From Bacillota bacterium (lineage in GTDB: Bacteria > Bacillota > Clostridia > Christensenellales > UMGS416), in NCBI GenBank assembly GCA_016281935.1, contig JAEEJN010000059.1, forward strand, positions 11,493 to 75,492: a DNA stretch of 64,000 nt, read 5' to 3'. A program made the translations under genes and the position numbers. Under the pieces are notes generated by a model. The model saw only the letters and a list, made by a program, of their open reading frames with translations, was not told the DNA's origin and did not search any database. Positions 1-9,290 of this stretch are shown piece by piece (the stretch's first letter is position 1; every line of letters begins with the position of its first letter).

Positions 1-535
1 AGGAACAGACCTGGACGCTGTGGCACAGACCGACCGTGCTGACGCCCGTATAGCGCTGCATATAGCCGGAAAGGATGGCCATGGGATTCGTGTAGTTGAG
101 GAAGAGCGCGTCCGGACAGACCTCTTCCATGTCCCGGGCGAAATCTTCCATGACGGGGATCGTGCGCAGGCCTCTCATGATGCCGCCGATCCCCAGCGTG
201 TCGCCGATCGTCTGGCGAAGGCCGTATTTCTTGGGCACTTCGAAGTCGATGATCGTGCAGGGATCATACAGGCCGACCTGGATCGCGTTCACGACGAAAT
301 CGGCGCCTCTCAGCGCGTCCTTCCTGTTCTCCGTGCCCAGGAAAGTGGAGATGCGGCCATATCCGCCTTTGGCTTTCCGCATGGCCTCCAGGATCGTCCG
401 GCTCTCCTCCAGCCTTTGCCCGTCGATGTCGTACAGAGCGAATTCCGCGTCCCTCAGGACTTCGGAACACATGCAGTCCCCGATGACGTTCCTGGCGAAC
501 ACGGTGCTGCCCGCACCCATAAATGTGATCTTCAT
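1..535 (-). CDS. Glycoside hydrolase family 4 alpha-glucosidase/alpha-galactosidase, N-terminal ~178 aa (gene runs off left edge)
   Basis: Own minus-strand translation from ATG 535-533 (AGGAGG 8 nt upstream): MKITFMGAGSTVFARNVIGD...NAIQVGLYDPCTIIDFEVPKKYGLRQTIGDTLGIGG...FLNYTNPMA...GLCHSVQ. These are typical GH4 blocks. Absent from ORF track because no stop lies in the window. Confidence 0.8.
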   Translation of the reverse strand, partial: MKITFMGAGSTVFARNVIGDCMCSEVLRDAEFALYDIDGQRLEESRTILEAMRKAKGGYGRISTFLGTENRKDALRGADFVVNAIQVGLYDPCTIIDFEVPKKYGLRQTIGDTLGIGGIMRGLRTIPVMEDFARDMEEVCPDALFLNYTNPMAILSGYMQRYTGVSTVGLCHSVQVCS

Positions 536-586
536 TCTTTTTCCTCCTCTATCAGATAAACCGTATCCCGGTAAAGATCGGCAGGA

Positions 587-1195
587 TCAGACCTTGTCCA
601 GCGCCCAGAGCAGGACGCAGAGGATCAGTGTTCCCGCGAACATGGCGGCGCAGGAGAATCTCCAGTGTCCCCCTTTGTTGAATCCGTAGAAGTCGTCCCA
701 TTTCCGTTCTTCCGGTTCGAACACGACCTTGCGGCAGTACAGGATCCCGTAGGCCGTCATGGGGATGAGTCCGAGCAGGGACTGCGCGAAAGTCAGCGTC
801 CCTTCCTCCAGGAATGCGAAGACCGCGATGGACGCGAGAGGCGTCAGAAGGTGCAGGAACAGGGAGCTCCCGGAAAGCAGCGGCAGATAGCCCATGTTCG
901 GCCCCAGGAACACCAGGACCGTGACCATGGTGACGGATACCGCGGCAGTGCTGACGTAGCGGACGAGACGGACCGCTTCCGGCAGCCTCCCTCCGATCAG
1001 GCACAGAGCGGCCGCAAGGGAGGCCAGGGCACAGAAAACGTTGCTGAGGATCGTAAAGAACCGGAAGGTCTTTCCGGTCTTTTCCCTGTCCCAGTGCCTG
1101 TCGGTGATGCAGCCGCCCAGGACACAGGCCGCCGTCACAAAAAAGATCGCGAGATCGCACACGATCATGAGGATCCTGCGTGTCGCTTCCGTCAT
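587..1195 (-). CDS. Integral membrane protein, unknown function
   Basis: 202 aa with about 6 hydrophobic helices. ATG preceded by GGAAGGAGG. Its ATG overlaps the stop of the upstream hydrolase gene (ATGA at 1192-1195). Confidence 0.6.
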   Translation of the reverse strand: MTEATRRILMIVCDLAIFFVTAACVLGGCITDRHWDREKTGKTFRFFTILSNVFCALASLAAALCLIGGRLPEAVRLVRYVSTAAVSVTMVTVLVFLGPNMGYLPLLSGSSLFLHLLTPLASIAVFAFLEEGTLTFAQSLLGLIPMTAYGILYCRKVVFEPEERKWDDFYGFNKGGHWRFSCAAMFAGTLILCVLLWALDKV

Positions 1196-2034
1196 TCGTT
1201 CATTCCTCCTTCCGGTCTCCCGGTATCCGAGCGGTCCAGAAAGTCCAGGATCCGCCCGTTGAAATCCTTCGCCTCATCGAATGCGGCGTGTCCGAGTCCG
1301 GGGTACAGATACATCTCGCTTCCCCGGATCTTCTCCGCCAGGACACGGGAACCGTCGGCTCCGACGGTCCGGTCCTCCTCCCCGCCGAGGATGAGGGTCG
1401 GACAGGCGATCCTCTCCGCATCCCCCGTCGCGTCAAAGCGGCGGATCGCGTCCGAGAATGCGAGAAAGCGCCGGTAGTTTTCGGGCTTTCCCACGAACCC
1501 GAGGAACGGGTAGAGTCTTCTGTAGCTTTTCAGTCTGGCGGGAGAATAGCTGTTTTCCGCCGTATCGATCATAAGGCCCTTATGATCGCCCTTTTCCGCG
1601 CAGGCGCGCCAGCGCTGAAGGCACGATTCCGTCATCTTCCCGCAGGCCGGAGCCGTGACCGCGAGTATGAGCGCCGACACGGATTCCGGATGGTCCGCGG
1701 CCAGATACTGGGCGACCATCCCGCCCATGGACACACCGACGACGGCGGCGGGAGAGATCCCCAGCCGTTTCATGGCCGCGTCCTGGTCTTCCGCCATGTC
1801 GCGGATGGAGAATCCTTCCGGGATCTCTTCCCTGCGTCCGAACATCCAGACCGTGTATTTCTCAAAGAACAGCCGGTGCGGCGCGGCCAGGAGCAGCGCT
1901 TTTCCCTTCACGGACGCAAGGCCTTCCGACAGGCCGGGCAGCAGGATCAGATTCTTATTTCCGTAACCGAACGAGACATAATCGAGGGCTGTGCCCCCGA
2001 CAGGAACAGACCCGTTTTTCGCGTTCCAGAGCAT
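1192..2034 (-). CDS. Alpha/beta-fold hydrolase
   Basis: 280 aa with nucleophile elbow GVSMGG, HG-like LLPG start and C-terminal GLGH. GGAGG RBS. Confidence 0.8.
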   Translation of the reverse strand: MLWNAKNGSVPVGGTALDYVSFGYGNKNLILLPGLSEGLASVKGKALLLAAPHRLFFEKYTVWMFGRREEIPEGFSIRDMAEDQDAAMKRLGISPAAVVGVSMGGMVAQYLAADHPESVSALILAVTAPACGKMTESCLQRWRACAEKGDHKGLMIDTAENSYSPARLKSYRRLYPFLGFVGKPENYRRFLAFSDAIRRFDATGDAERIACPTLILGGEEDRTVGADGSRVLAEKIRGSEMYLYPGLGHAAFDEAKDFNGRILDFLDRSDTGRPEGGMNE

Positions 2035-2218
2035 GGATACGCCTCCATACAGACCGAATCGATGATACAGTATTTTTCTTCGCTGTCCTTCTTTTTTCCT
2101 TCTCAGGAAATCGGCTTTTCTACGCCTTCCGGCTGTCCCGTCACCTGAGATCTCAGGTAAGGCCGTTCATTCCTTCCCGATCCGGCGTCAAAAAAAGCCG
2201 GGGACGATCCCCGGCCGT

Positions 2219-2638
2219 TCACTGTTCGGTTTTCTTTTTTCCGCGCACGAGGTCGCTCAGTTTCTTGCCGTAAAAGAAATCGTGCGTGAGCCTGTCGTAT
2301 TCGGCCCAGAGCGGGAGCGTGGGACATTCGTCCGCGCGGGGGCACAGAGGCGCGCCTTCCTCCAGGCATGCCACGGTTGCGAGAGATCCCTCCATCAGTT
2401 CGATCACTTCCCCGAGAGGATAGTCTTCCGGAGCCCTCAGGAGCTTGTAGCCTCCGCCCTTTCCGCTCGTGCCGCTGACGAGTCCTCCTGCGACCAGATC
2501 CTTCATGATGATCTCCAGATACTTCTTGGAGATACCCTGCCGTTCCGCGATCTCCTTGAGCGGCAGACGCCCGTCCTTCTCGTTCTCCGCCAGATCGATC
2601 ATCACCCGGATCGCATATCTTCCCCTTGTCGAGATCAT
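2219..2638 (-). CDS. Rrf2-family transcriptional regulator (IscR/CymR-like, three-Cys cluster ligands)
   Basis: 139 aa starting MISTRGRYAIRVMIDLA, winged HTH, C-x8-C-x5-C (CLEEGAPLCPRADEC). Divergent from nifS. Confidence 0.85.
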   Translation of the reverse strand: MISTRGRYAIRVMIDLAENEKDGRLPLKEIAERQGISKKYLEIIMKDLVAGGLVSGTSGKGGGYKLLRAPEDYPLGEVIELMEGSLATVACLEEGAPLCPRADECPTLPLWAEYDRLTHDFFYGKKLSDLVRGKKKTEQ

Positions 2639-2664
2639 GGCAGGCCCTCCCTTCTTTTTATGCT

Positions 2665-2693
2665 ATTATACAGTAGGCAGATAGGCAAATCAA
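2665..2693 (-). promoter_or_regulatory. Putative sigma-A promoter of the Rrf2 gene
   Basis: On the minus strand: TTGATT, 17 nt, TATAAT. The spacer carries two GCCTA repeats. About 25 nt upstream of the RBS GAAGGGAGGG. Confidence 0.45.
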
Positions 2694-2719
2694 GTATCTC
2701 CTTTATCAATCCCCTATTC

Positions 2720-2753
2720 ACCTATTGACATAGTAGGTTATTGGGCGTATAAT
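2720..2753 (+). promoter_or_regulatory. Putative nifS promoter with overlapping ACCTA-N9-TAGGT palindrome
   Basis: TTGACA (2725-2730), 17 nt, TATAAT (2748-2753). Inverted repeat ACCTA (2720-2724) / TAGGT (2734-2738) brackets the -35. Confidence 0.5.
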
Positions 2754-2786
2754 GAGAACCGAACCACAGAAAGGAGTCCGATCGAT

Positions 2787-3971
2787 ATGATCTATGCCGA
2801 CAATGCCGCGACGACGAAGATGAGCGAAGCGGCTCTCCATACGCTGATCCGCCTCCAGGAAGAAGCCTGGGGAAACCCGTCCAGTCTCTACGGGCACGGA
2901 CAGCAGGCCAAAGAAGTCCTGGAAAAGGCCAGGGCCGACATTGCCGCCGTGATCGGGGCGCAGCCCCGCGAGATCCTCTTCACGTCCGGAGGCAGCGAAG
3001 CGGACAATCAGGCGATCCTGACCGCAGCCGCCCTGGGAAAACGGAAGGGAAAGACCCACATCATCTCCACCGCCTTCGAACACCACGCTGTCCTGCATAC
3101 GCTGGAGAAGCTGAGGAAGGAAGGCTACGATATCACCCTGCTGGACGTGCATGAGAACGGGATCGTACTTCCCGAGGAAGTCGAGCAGGCGATCCGGGAA
3201 GATACCTGCCTCGTGACGATCATGGCCGCGAACAACGAGATCGGAACGATCCAGCCGATCCGGGAGATCGGAGCCGTCTGCAGGAAGAAGGGCGTCCTCT
3301 TCCATACGGACGCTGTGCAGGCCGTCGGTCACATCCCGCTGGACGTGGTCAAGGACAACATCGACATGCTCACCGCTTCCGCACACAAGTTCCACGGCCC
3401 CAAGGGCGTGGGCTTCCTGTACGCAAAGAAAGGCATCCGCCTCTCGAACCTGATCGAAGGCGGAGCACAGGAGTTCGGCAGACGGGCCGGCACCGAGAAC
3501 GTGCCCGGGATCGCCGCCATGGCCGAAGCCCTGAAGGAAGCCGCCGCGGGAATGGAAAAGAACGCCGAGCGCCTCATGGCTGTAAGGGACCGTCTGATCG
3601 AAGGCCTGTCCCGCATCCCCCACTCCGCATTGAACGGGGATCCCGTCCGCAGGCTGCCCGGGAACGTCAATTTCTGCTTTGAAGGCATCGAAGGCGAATC
3701 CCTCCTTCTGCTTCTGGACCAGAAAGGCATCCAGGCATCTTCCGGCAGCGCCTGTACGTCCGGCTCCCTCGACCCGAGCCACGTGCTGCTCGCGATCGGC
3801 CGGGTGCACGACGTGGCCCACGGATCCCTGCGTCTGAGCATCGGGGAGGACATCACGGACGAGGACGCTGACGAGATCGTCCGTTCGGTCGGAGAAGTCG
3901 TCGCATATCTGAGAAGTTTCTCGCCGATCTGGCGCGACCTCATGGAAGGCAAAAAGGAATTCATCCTGTAA
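2787..3971 (+). CDS. nifS: Cysteine desulfurase (NifS/IscS type)
   Basis: 394 aa. PLP-lysine motif SAHKFHGPKG and active-site Cys loop SSGSACTSG. AAGGAG RBS. Confidence 0.9.
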   Translation: MIYADNAATTKMSEAALHTLIRLQEEAWGNPSSLYGHGQQAKEVLEKARADIAAVIGAQPREILFTSGGSEADNQAILTAAALGKRKGKTHIISTAFEHHAVLHTLEKLRKEGYDITLLDVHENGIVLPEEVEQAIREDTCLVTIMAANNEIGTIQPIREIGAVCRKKGVLFHTDAVQAVGHIPLDVVKDNIDMLTASAHKFHGPKGVGFLYAKKGIRLSNLIEGGAQEFGRRAGTENVPGIAAMAEALKEAAAGMEKNAERLMAVRDRLIEGLSRIPHSALNGDPVRRLPGNVNFCFEGIEGESLLLLLDQKGIQASSGSACTSGSLDPSHVLLAIGRVHDVAHGSLRLSIGEDITDEDADEIVRSVGEVVAYLRSFSPIWRDLMEGKKEFIL

Positions 3972-3982
3972 GGAGGTTTATC

Positions 3983-4366
3983 ATGGCATTATACAGTGAA
4001 AAAGTGATGGATCATTTTCTCCATCCCCGCAACGTCGGCGTCATCGAGGACGCGGACGGGATCGGTGAAGTCGGAAACGCCAAGTGCGGCGATATCATGA
4101 AGATGTACCTGAAGATCGAGGACGGCGTCGTGGAAGACGTGAAGTTCGAGACCTTCGGCTGCGGGAGCGCGATCGCTTCCAGCTCCATGGCTACGGAGCT
4201 GATCAAGGGACAGCCGCTGAGCGAAGTGCGGAAACTGACGAACAAGGCCGTGGCGGAAGCGCTGGACGGTCTGCCGGACTACAAGATGCACTGCAGCGTC
4301 CTCGCGGAAGAGGCGATCCAGGCCGCTCTCGAAGACTATGAGAGCAGAAGCGGAAAAAAAGTCTGA
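3983..4366 (+). CDS. iscU: Fe-S cluster assembly scaffold (IscU/NifU N-terminal type)
   Basis: 127 aa. Three ligand cysteines in GNAKCGD, FGCGSAIASSS and HCS. AGGAGG RBS. Confidence 0.9.
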   Translation: MALYSEKVMDHFLHPRNVGVIEDADGIGEVGNAKCGDIMKMYLKIEDGVVEDVKFETFGCGSAIASSSMATELIKGQPLSEVRKLTNKAVAEALDGLPDYKMHCSVLAEEAIQAALEDYESRSGKKV

Positions 4367-4380
4367 AAAAATTTCTGAAA

Positions 4381-4414
4381 ACCTATTGACACACTAGGTC
4401 AGTATGTTTATAAT
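4381..4414 (+). promoter_or_regulatory. Putative metY-cysK promoter with the same ACCTA-N9-TAGGT palindrome
   Basis: TTGACA (4386-4391), 17 nt, TATAAT (4409-4414). ACCTA 4381-4385 / TAGGT 4395-4399, same geometry as at 2720-2738. Confidence 0.5.
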
Positions 4415-4501
4415 GGCCCCATAAACTTGAAAGGAGGTGCACGGAATGTTCGAAGGAACCAAGTTCGGACGCAGTTCTTTCCGTATGTGTCGAATGCTTG
4501 T

Positions 4502-4620
4502 CTCCCGGGCAGAAGGCCGGGGCGTCAGGCTTTTGAACCGTGCGCCTCGAAACCTGTGACATCCGTATAGACGGACGTACGCTGCCCGGGAGCTGATCTG
4601 TACTCCCGGGCATTCTTTAT
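4502..4620 (+). promoter_or_regulatory. Leader with mutually exclusive hairpins (antiterminator vs terminator) upstream of metY
   Basis: CTCCCGGGCAG (4502-4512) is the exact complement of CTGCCCGGGAG (4582-4592). TGCCCGGGAG (4583-4592) also pairs with CTCCCGGGCA (4603-4612), followed by TTCTTTAT. Confidence 0.45.
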
Positions 4621-4661
4621 GCCCGCACACGAAAACGACACAATAAGGAAAGGAATCCATC

Positions 4662-5945
4662 ATGAGCGAATACAGATTTGAGACGCTCCAGCTGCACGTC
4701 GGACAGGAAGAAGCGGATCCCGCAACGGACGCCCGCGCAGTACCGATCTATCAGACGACATCCTACGTCTTCCACAACAGCAAGCACGCCGCGGATCGTT
4801 TCGGTCTGGCCGACGCCGGGAACATCTACGGAAGACTGACCAACTCCACGCAGGAAGTCCTGGAAAAGAGGCTTGCGGCCCTCGAGGGAGGGACCGCCGC
4901 CCTGGCGCTCGCGTCCGGCGCGGCCGCCATCACCTACACGATCGAAGCCCTGGCCGCGAACGGGGGACACGTCGTCGCGCAGAAGACGATCTACGGCGGC
5001 AGCTACAATCTGCTGGCCCATACGCTTCCCCAGTACGGGATCAAGACGACGTTCGTGGATGCCCACGATCTTGCCGAGATCGAATCCGCCATCCGGGACG
5101 ATACGAGAGCGGTCTATCTCGAGACCCTCGGAAACCCGAACAGCGATATCCCGGATATCGACGCTGTCTCTGAGATCGCCCACAGGCACGGGATCCCCGT
5201 TGTCGTGGACAACACCTTCGGCACGCCCTACCTGATCCGTCCCTTCGAACACGGCGCGGACATCGTCGTACACTCCGCCACCAAGTTCATCGGCGGCCAC
5301 GGCACGACCCTGGGCGGGATCATCGTGGAATCCGGAAAGTTCGACTGGAGCCGGAGCGGGAAATATCCCAACATCGCCGCACCGAATCCCAGCTATCACG
5401 GGATCTCCTTCTATGACGCGGTCGGCCCCGCCGCTTTTGTGACCTACATCCGGGCCATCCTCCTGCGCGACACCGGCGCCTGCATCTCCCCCTTCAACGC
5501 ATTCCTGCTGCTGCAGGGCGTGGAGACCCTCTCCCTGCGTCTCGACCGGCATGCGGAAAACACGAAGAAAGTCGTGGAATACCTCGCAAAGCATCCGCAG
5601 GTCGAAAAGGTCAACCACCCCTCCCTGCCGGATCATCCGGATCACGCTCTTTATGAAAGGTATTTCCCCAAGGGCGGCGCCTCTATCTTCACGTTCGACA
5701 TCAAGGGCGGACAGGAGGAAGCCTGGAAGTTCATCGACAGCCTGAAGATCTTCTCGCTTCTCGCCAACGTAGCGGACGTGAAGAGCCTCGTGATCCATCC
5801 CGCCTCCACCACCCATTCCCAGCTCAGCGAAGAAGAACTGCTGGATCAGGGCATCCGTCCCGGAACGATCCGGCTCTCCATCGGAACCGAGCACATCGAC
5901 GACATCCTTGCGGATCTGGAGAACGCGTTTGCCTCCGTCCGCTGA
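4662..5945 (+). CDS. metY: O-acetylhomoserine sulfhydrylase (aminocarboxypropyltransferase)
   Basis: 427 aa. Cys/Met-metabolism PLP enzyme blocks, with [10 protein letters not shown] holding the PLP lysine and N-terminal [10 protein letters not shown]. Confidence 0.9.
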   Translation: MSEYRFETLQLHVGQEEADPATDARAVPIYQTTSYVFHNSKHAADRFGLADAGNIYGRLTNSTQEVLEKRLAALEGGTAALALASGAAAITYTIEALAANGGHVVAQKTIYGGSYNLLAHTLPQYGIKTTFVDAHDLAEIESAIRDDTRAVYLETLGNPNSDIPDIDAVSEIAHRHGIPVVVDNTFGTPYLIRPFEHGADIVVHSATKFIGGHGTTLGGIIVESGKFDWSRSGKYPNIAAPNPSYHGISFYDAVGPAAFVTYIRAILLRDTGACISPFNAFLLLQGVETLSLRLDRHAENTKKVVEYLAKHPQVEKVNHPSLPDHPDHALYERYFPKGGASIFTFDIKGGQEEAWKFIDSLKIFSLLANVADVKSLVIHPASTTHSQLSEEELLDQGIRPGTIRLSIGTEHIDDILADLENAFASVR

Positions 5946-5967
5946 ACGCAAAGAAAGGAAAAAAACC

Positions 5968-6903
5968 ATGTCAAAGATCTACAAAGGCACACTGGGACTC
6001 ATCGGGAACACTCCTCTCGTGGAAGTCGCGAACATCGAAAAGGAACTGGGGCTGGAAGCCACGGTGATCGTCAAACTGGAATACTTCAATCCCGCCGGCA
6101 GCGTGAAGGACCGTATCGCCAAGGCCATGATCGAAGACGCGGAGGCCAAAGGTCTGCTGAAGGAAGGTTCCGTCATCATCGAGCCCACGTCGGGCAATAC
6201 CGGTATCGGCCTTGCCGCGATCGCCGCAGCGAAAGGCTACCGCATCATCCTGACGATGCCCGAGACCATGAGCGTCGAACGCAGGAACATCCTGAAGGCC
6301 TACGGCGCCGAGATTGTCCTGACGGAAGGCGCAAAGGGCATGAAAGGCGCCATAGCTAAAGCGGAGGAACTCGTCAAGGAGATCCCGAACGGATTCATTC
6401 CCGGTCAGTTCGTGAACCCTGCCAATCCGGCCATCCATAAGGCCACCACGGGTCCCGAGATCTGGAACGACACCGACGGCACTGTGGATATCTTCATCGC
6501 GGGCGTAGGGACCGGAGGCACGGTCACGGGCGTCGGCGAATACCTCAAGGAGAAGAACCCGAACGTACAGATCGTCGCGCTGGAACCGGAAGACTCCCCC
6601 GTCCTTTCCGAAGGCAGGAGCGGAGCCCATAAGATCCAGGGCATCGGCGCAGGCTTCGTTCCGGACGTCCTGGACACCAAAGTCTATGACGAAGTCATCC
6701 GGGTCTCCAACGAAGACTCCTTCCGTACGGCCAGACTCCTCGCGCACAAGGAAGGCATCTCTGTGGGCATCTCTTCAGGCGCCGCCCTGTTCGGCGCGAT
6801 CTCACTGGCAAAACGCCCGGAAAACAAGGGCAAGGTCATTGTAGCTCTGCTTGCAGACAGCGGCGACCGCTACTACTCTACGCCCCTGTTCACGCAGGAC
6901 TGA
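5968..6903 (+). CDS. cysK: Cysteine synthase A (O-acetylserine sulfhydrylase)
   Basis: Start moved to ATG 5968 (MSKIYKG...; GAAAGGAAAAAAACC upstream). Motifs SVKDR and TSGNTGIG. 311 aa. Confidence 0.9.
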   Translation: MSKIYKGTLGLIGNTPLVEVANIEKELGLEATVIVKLEYFNPAGSVKDRIAKAMIEDAEAKGLLKEGSVIIEPTSGNTGIGLAAIAAAKGYRIILTMPETMSVERRNILKAYGAEIVLTEGAKGMKGAIAKAEELVKEIPNGFIPGQFVNPANPAIHKATTGPEIWNDTDGTVDIFIAGVGTGGTVTGVGEYLKEKNPNVQIVALEPEDSPVLSEGRSGAHKIQGIGAGFVPDVLDTKVYDEVIRVSNEDSFRTARLLAHKEGISVGISSGAALFGAISLAKRPENKGKVIVALLADSGDRYYSTPLFTQD

Positions 6904-6925
6904 GACCGCAGAGCCATCCGCATCC

Positions 6926-6950
6926 GGACCCCTCAGGGGTCCGTTTTTTT
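6926..6950 (+). terminator. Rho-independent terminator after cysK
   Basis: GGACCCC-TCA-GGGGTCC hairpin followed by a T7 run. Confidence 0.7.
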
Positions 6951-7080
6951 ATACAGGGATAAATAACTGAACCCTGCATACGAAGAACAGGGCAGAAAAA
7001 AAGACGGCACGCTGATCGGTACCGTCTTCGTATATAAGGCTGCTGCTCAGGCAGCATGCCGCAGAGCCTGAATGAGGCGC

Positions 7081-7668
7081 TTACTCGGTCCGGCCGGCGT
7101 CATAGACCGTCATGTCCGTTCCCGTATCCCTCACCAGGATCGAGGAAGGATAATTCCAAAGCTTGAGGGTCACGAAGACATCGCCCGCAGCGCCGCTCAC
7201 GTTGCCAGCCTGCAGGAACCAGACGACCCAGAACCAGTCCTCCGGCACGAGCAGGGAAAGGATCCCGAATACGACGCCCCAGAAAACGAGCGGCGCCAGT
7301 GCGATCAGCCGGTAGGACGTCTTGTCGAACCAGTCTTCCCTGCTGCCCGCGAACGCGTACATCCCCGTGAACCCGAAAATGACCTTTCCTCCGCCGACCG
7401 CCTTCATGGCGGCCGCGTGCGTGAGTTCATGCAGCACGATATAGGCCACGAAAGCTAGCAGGAGCACGCCCAGCCGGATCAGATATCCGCTCAGTGACGT
7501 CAGATCGAAGAAACGGGTCACGGGGACGATGAAATGCCCGGCGACGAGGATGGCTATCATGACGACCGCCCCGATGAGATTGACGATCAGCGCCGTCTTT
7601 TTATCGTTCTGCAGATCGATCTTCAGGATCTCTCCGTACCCCTCCGGAAGGGCCTGATATGCTTTCAT
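7081..7668 (-). CDS. DUF3267-like putative membrane zinc metallopeptidase
   Basis: Start moved to ATG 7668 (MKAYQAL; GGAGAA RBS). HELTH motif inside a hydrophobic segment, multiple TM helices. 195 aa. Confidence 0.7.
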   Translation of the reverse strand: MKAYQALPEGYGEILKIDLQNDKKTALIVNLIGAVVMIAILVAGHFIVPVTRFFDLTSLSGYLIRLGVLLLAFVAYIVLHELTHAAAMKAVGGGKVIFGFTGMYAFAGSREDWFDKTSYRLIALAPLVFWGVVFGILSLLVPEDWFWVVWFLQAGNVSGAAGDVFVTLKLWNYPSSILVRDTGTDMTVYDAGRTE

Positions 7669-7744
7669 GCTGTTTTCTCCTTTTCCATAAGCTTCAGACA
7701 GAAATCCGCGGGATCCCAGATCCCGCGGAACCGTATACTGATCC

Positions 7745-9160
7745 TCAGACCTTTTCCCAGGTCGTGCCGTCTTTGCCGTCCTTGAGGACGATGCCCTGTT
7801 CGGCGAGTTCGTTGCGGATCTGGTCCGCAAGCGCGAAGTTGCGGTCTTTGCGGGCCTGAGCGCGCTCAGCGATCTTGCTCTCCACGTATGCCGCGAGATC
7901 TCCGTCGGCTTCGCCTTTGGGTTCTTCCTTCTCCACCGTCAGATCCAGGCTCAGGACACGGTCGAAGTCAGCGATGATCGCCCGTTTGGTCGCATCGTTC
8001 GTATCGGCTTTCAGGACCTCGTAGATCAGGGTGATCCCCAGAGAACTGTTGAGATCGTTGCCCAGAGCATCCAGGAAACGGCCGCGGAAATCCTCAAAGA
8101 CTGCCTGATCGACTTCGCCCGCGGGATCGAGATCCAGAACGCGCCGGCGCAGCTTCTCATAGGTGTTCTTCACGTTGTCCAGGACTTCGAAGGAGAATTC
8201 CAGGGGCTTGCGATAATGGCTCTGCAGGCAGAACATGCGGTAGACCAGAGGATCGTAGCCCTGTTCCTTCAGAGTGGACACAGTCAGGAATCCGCCTTTG
8301 GACTTGCTCATCTTGCCGCCCTTGTCGTTCAGATGCTGCACATGGAACCAGGTCCGGCACCAGGGATGGCCGAGATAGGCTTCGCTCTGGGCGATCTCGT
8401 TCGTATGATGCGGGAAGATGTTGTCCACGCCGCCGCAGTGAATGTCCAGATACTCGCCCAGGTGCTTCATGGAGATGGCGCTGCACTCGATATGCCAGCC
8501 CGGATAGCCGGTGCCCCAGGGGCTTTCCCAGCGCAGTTCCTGGTTCTCGAACTTGCTCTTGGTGAACCAGAGGACGAAGTCCGCGGGATTGCGTTTGTTC
8601 TCGTCCTGATCCACGTCGTCCCGCACGCCGACCATGAGGTCGTCCTGCTTATGACCTGTCAGGCAGTAGTAGTCCTTCAGTTTGGACGTATCGAAGTAGA
8701 TGTTGCCGCCCGCCTCATAGGCGTAGCCTTTCTCGAAGAGGACTTCGATGAGGTGGATGTATTCGGGGATCAGGTTGGTGGCAGGTTCCACGACGTCCGG
8801 AGTCTTGATGTTCAGATCGGCGCAGTCAGCAAAGAAAGCGTCCGTATAGAATTTCGCGATCTCCATGACGGTCTTGTGTTCACGCTTTGCACCGGCGACC
8901 ATCTTGTCCTCGCCGGTGTCCGCATCGGAGGAAAGATGTCCCACGTCCGTGATGTTCATGACGCGTTTGACGTCATAGCCCGCAGAGCGCAGGAACTTCT
9001 CCAGGATGTCTTCCATGATGTAGCTGCGCAGGTTGCCGAGATGGGCGAAGTGATAGACCGTGGGACCGCACGTATACATGTTCACATGGCCGGGCGTATG
9101 GGTCTCGAAGGGATCCACCGTTTTCGTCGCGGTATTATAAAAAGCAATGGGGTGTTCCAT
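7745..9160 (-). CDS. cysS: Cysteine--tRNA ligase
   Basis: Start moved to ATG 9160 (MEHPIAFYN; AAAGGAGA RBS). HIGH-type FAHLGN and KMSKS present. 471 aa. Confidence 0.9.
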   Translation of the reverse strand: MEHPIAFYNTATKTVDPFETHTPGHVNMYTCGPTVYHFAHLGNLRSYIMEDILEKFLRSAGYDVKRVMNITDVGHLSSDADTGEDKMVAGAKREHKTVMEIAKFYTDAFFADCADLNIKTPDVVEPATNLIPEYIHLIEVLFEKGYAYEAGGNIYFDTSKLKDYYCLTGHKQDDLMVGVRDDVDQDENKRNPADFVLWFTKSKFENQELRWESPWGTGYPGWHIECSAISMKHLGEYLDIHCGGVDNIFPHHTNEIAQSEAYLGHPWCRTWFHVQHLNDKGGKMSKSKGGFLTVSTLKEQGYDPLVYRMFCLQSHYRKPLEFSFEVLDNVKNTYEKLRRRVLDLDPAGEVDQAVFEDFRGRFLDALGNDLNSSLGITLIYEVLKADTNDATKRAIIADFDRVLSLDLTVEKEEPKGEADGDLAAYVESKIAERAQARKDRNFALADQIRNELAEQGIVLKDGKDGTTWEKV

Positions 9161-9189
9161 CCGCTGTCTCCTTTGATTTTGATAGGATA

Positions 9190-9218
9190 AGTATAGTGGA
9201 TTGCGGCGCATTTCGCAA
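9190..9218 (-). promoter_or_regulatory. Putative cysS promoter
   Basis: Minus strand: TTGCGA, 17 nt, TATACT. This leaves only a ~30-nt 5' UTR. Confidence 0.4.
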
Positions 9219-9228
9219 GTGCTCTTCA

Positions 9229-9258
9229 TTGACGGAAAAGGCGCGTCCATGGTACAAT
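9229..9258 (+). promoter_or_regulatory. Putative argS promoter (extended -10)
   Basis: TTGACG, 18 nt, TACAAT, with TGn immediately upstream of the -10. Confidence 0.45.
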
Positions 9259-9290
9259 GGCATGCAGATTCTTTCGAAAAAAGGAGCTTC

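Noticed and set aside
4415-4661. SAM-I (S-box) riboswitch or T-box upstream of metY
   Set aside because: I could not find the S-box core (…GAGGGA-TGGCCC…) or the T-box 14-mer (…GGTGGTACCGCG…) by eye. It is kept only as an uncharacterised attenuator. An Infernal scan is needed for certainty.
9161-9290. T-box leaders for cysS and/or argS
   Set aside because: The divergent intergenic region is only ~130 bp. It is filled by two promoters with ~30-nt UTRs, leaving no room for a ~200-nt T-box.
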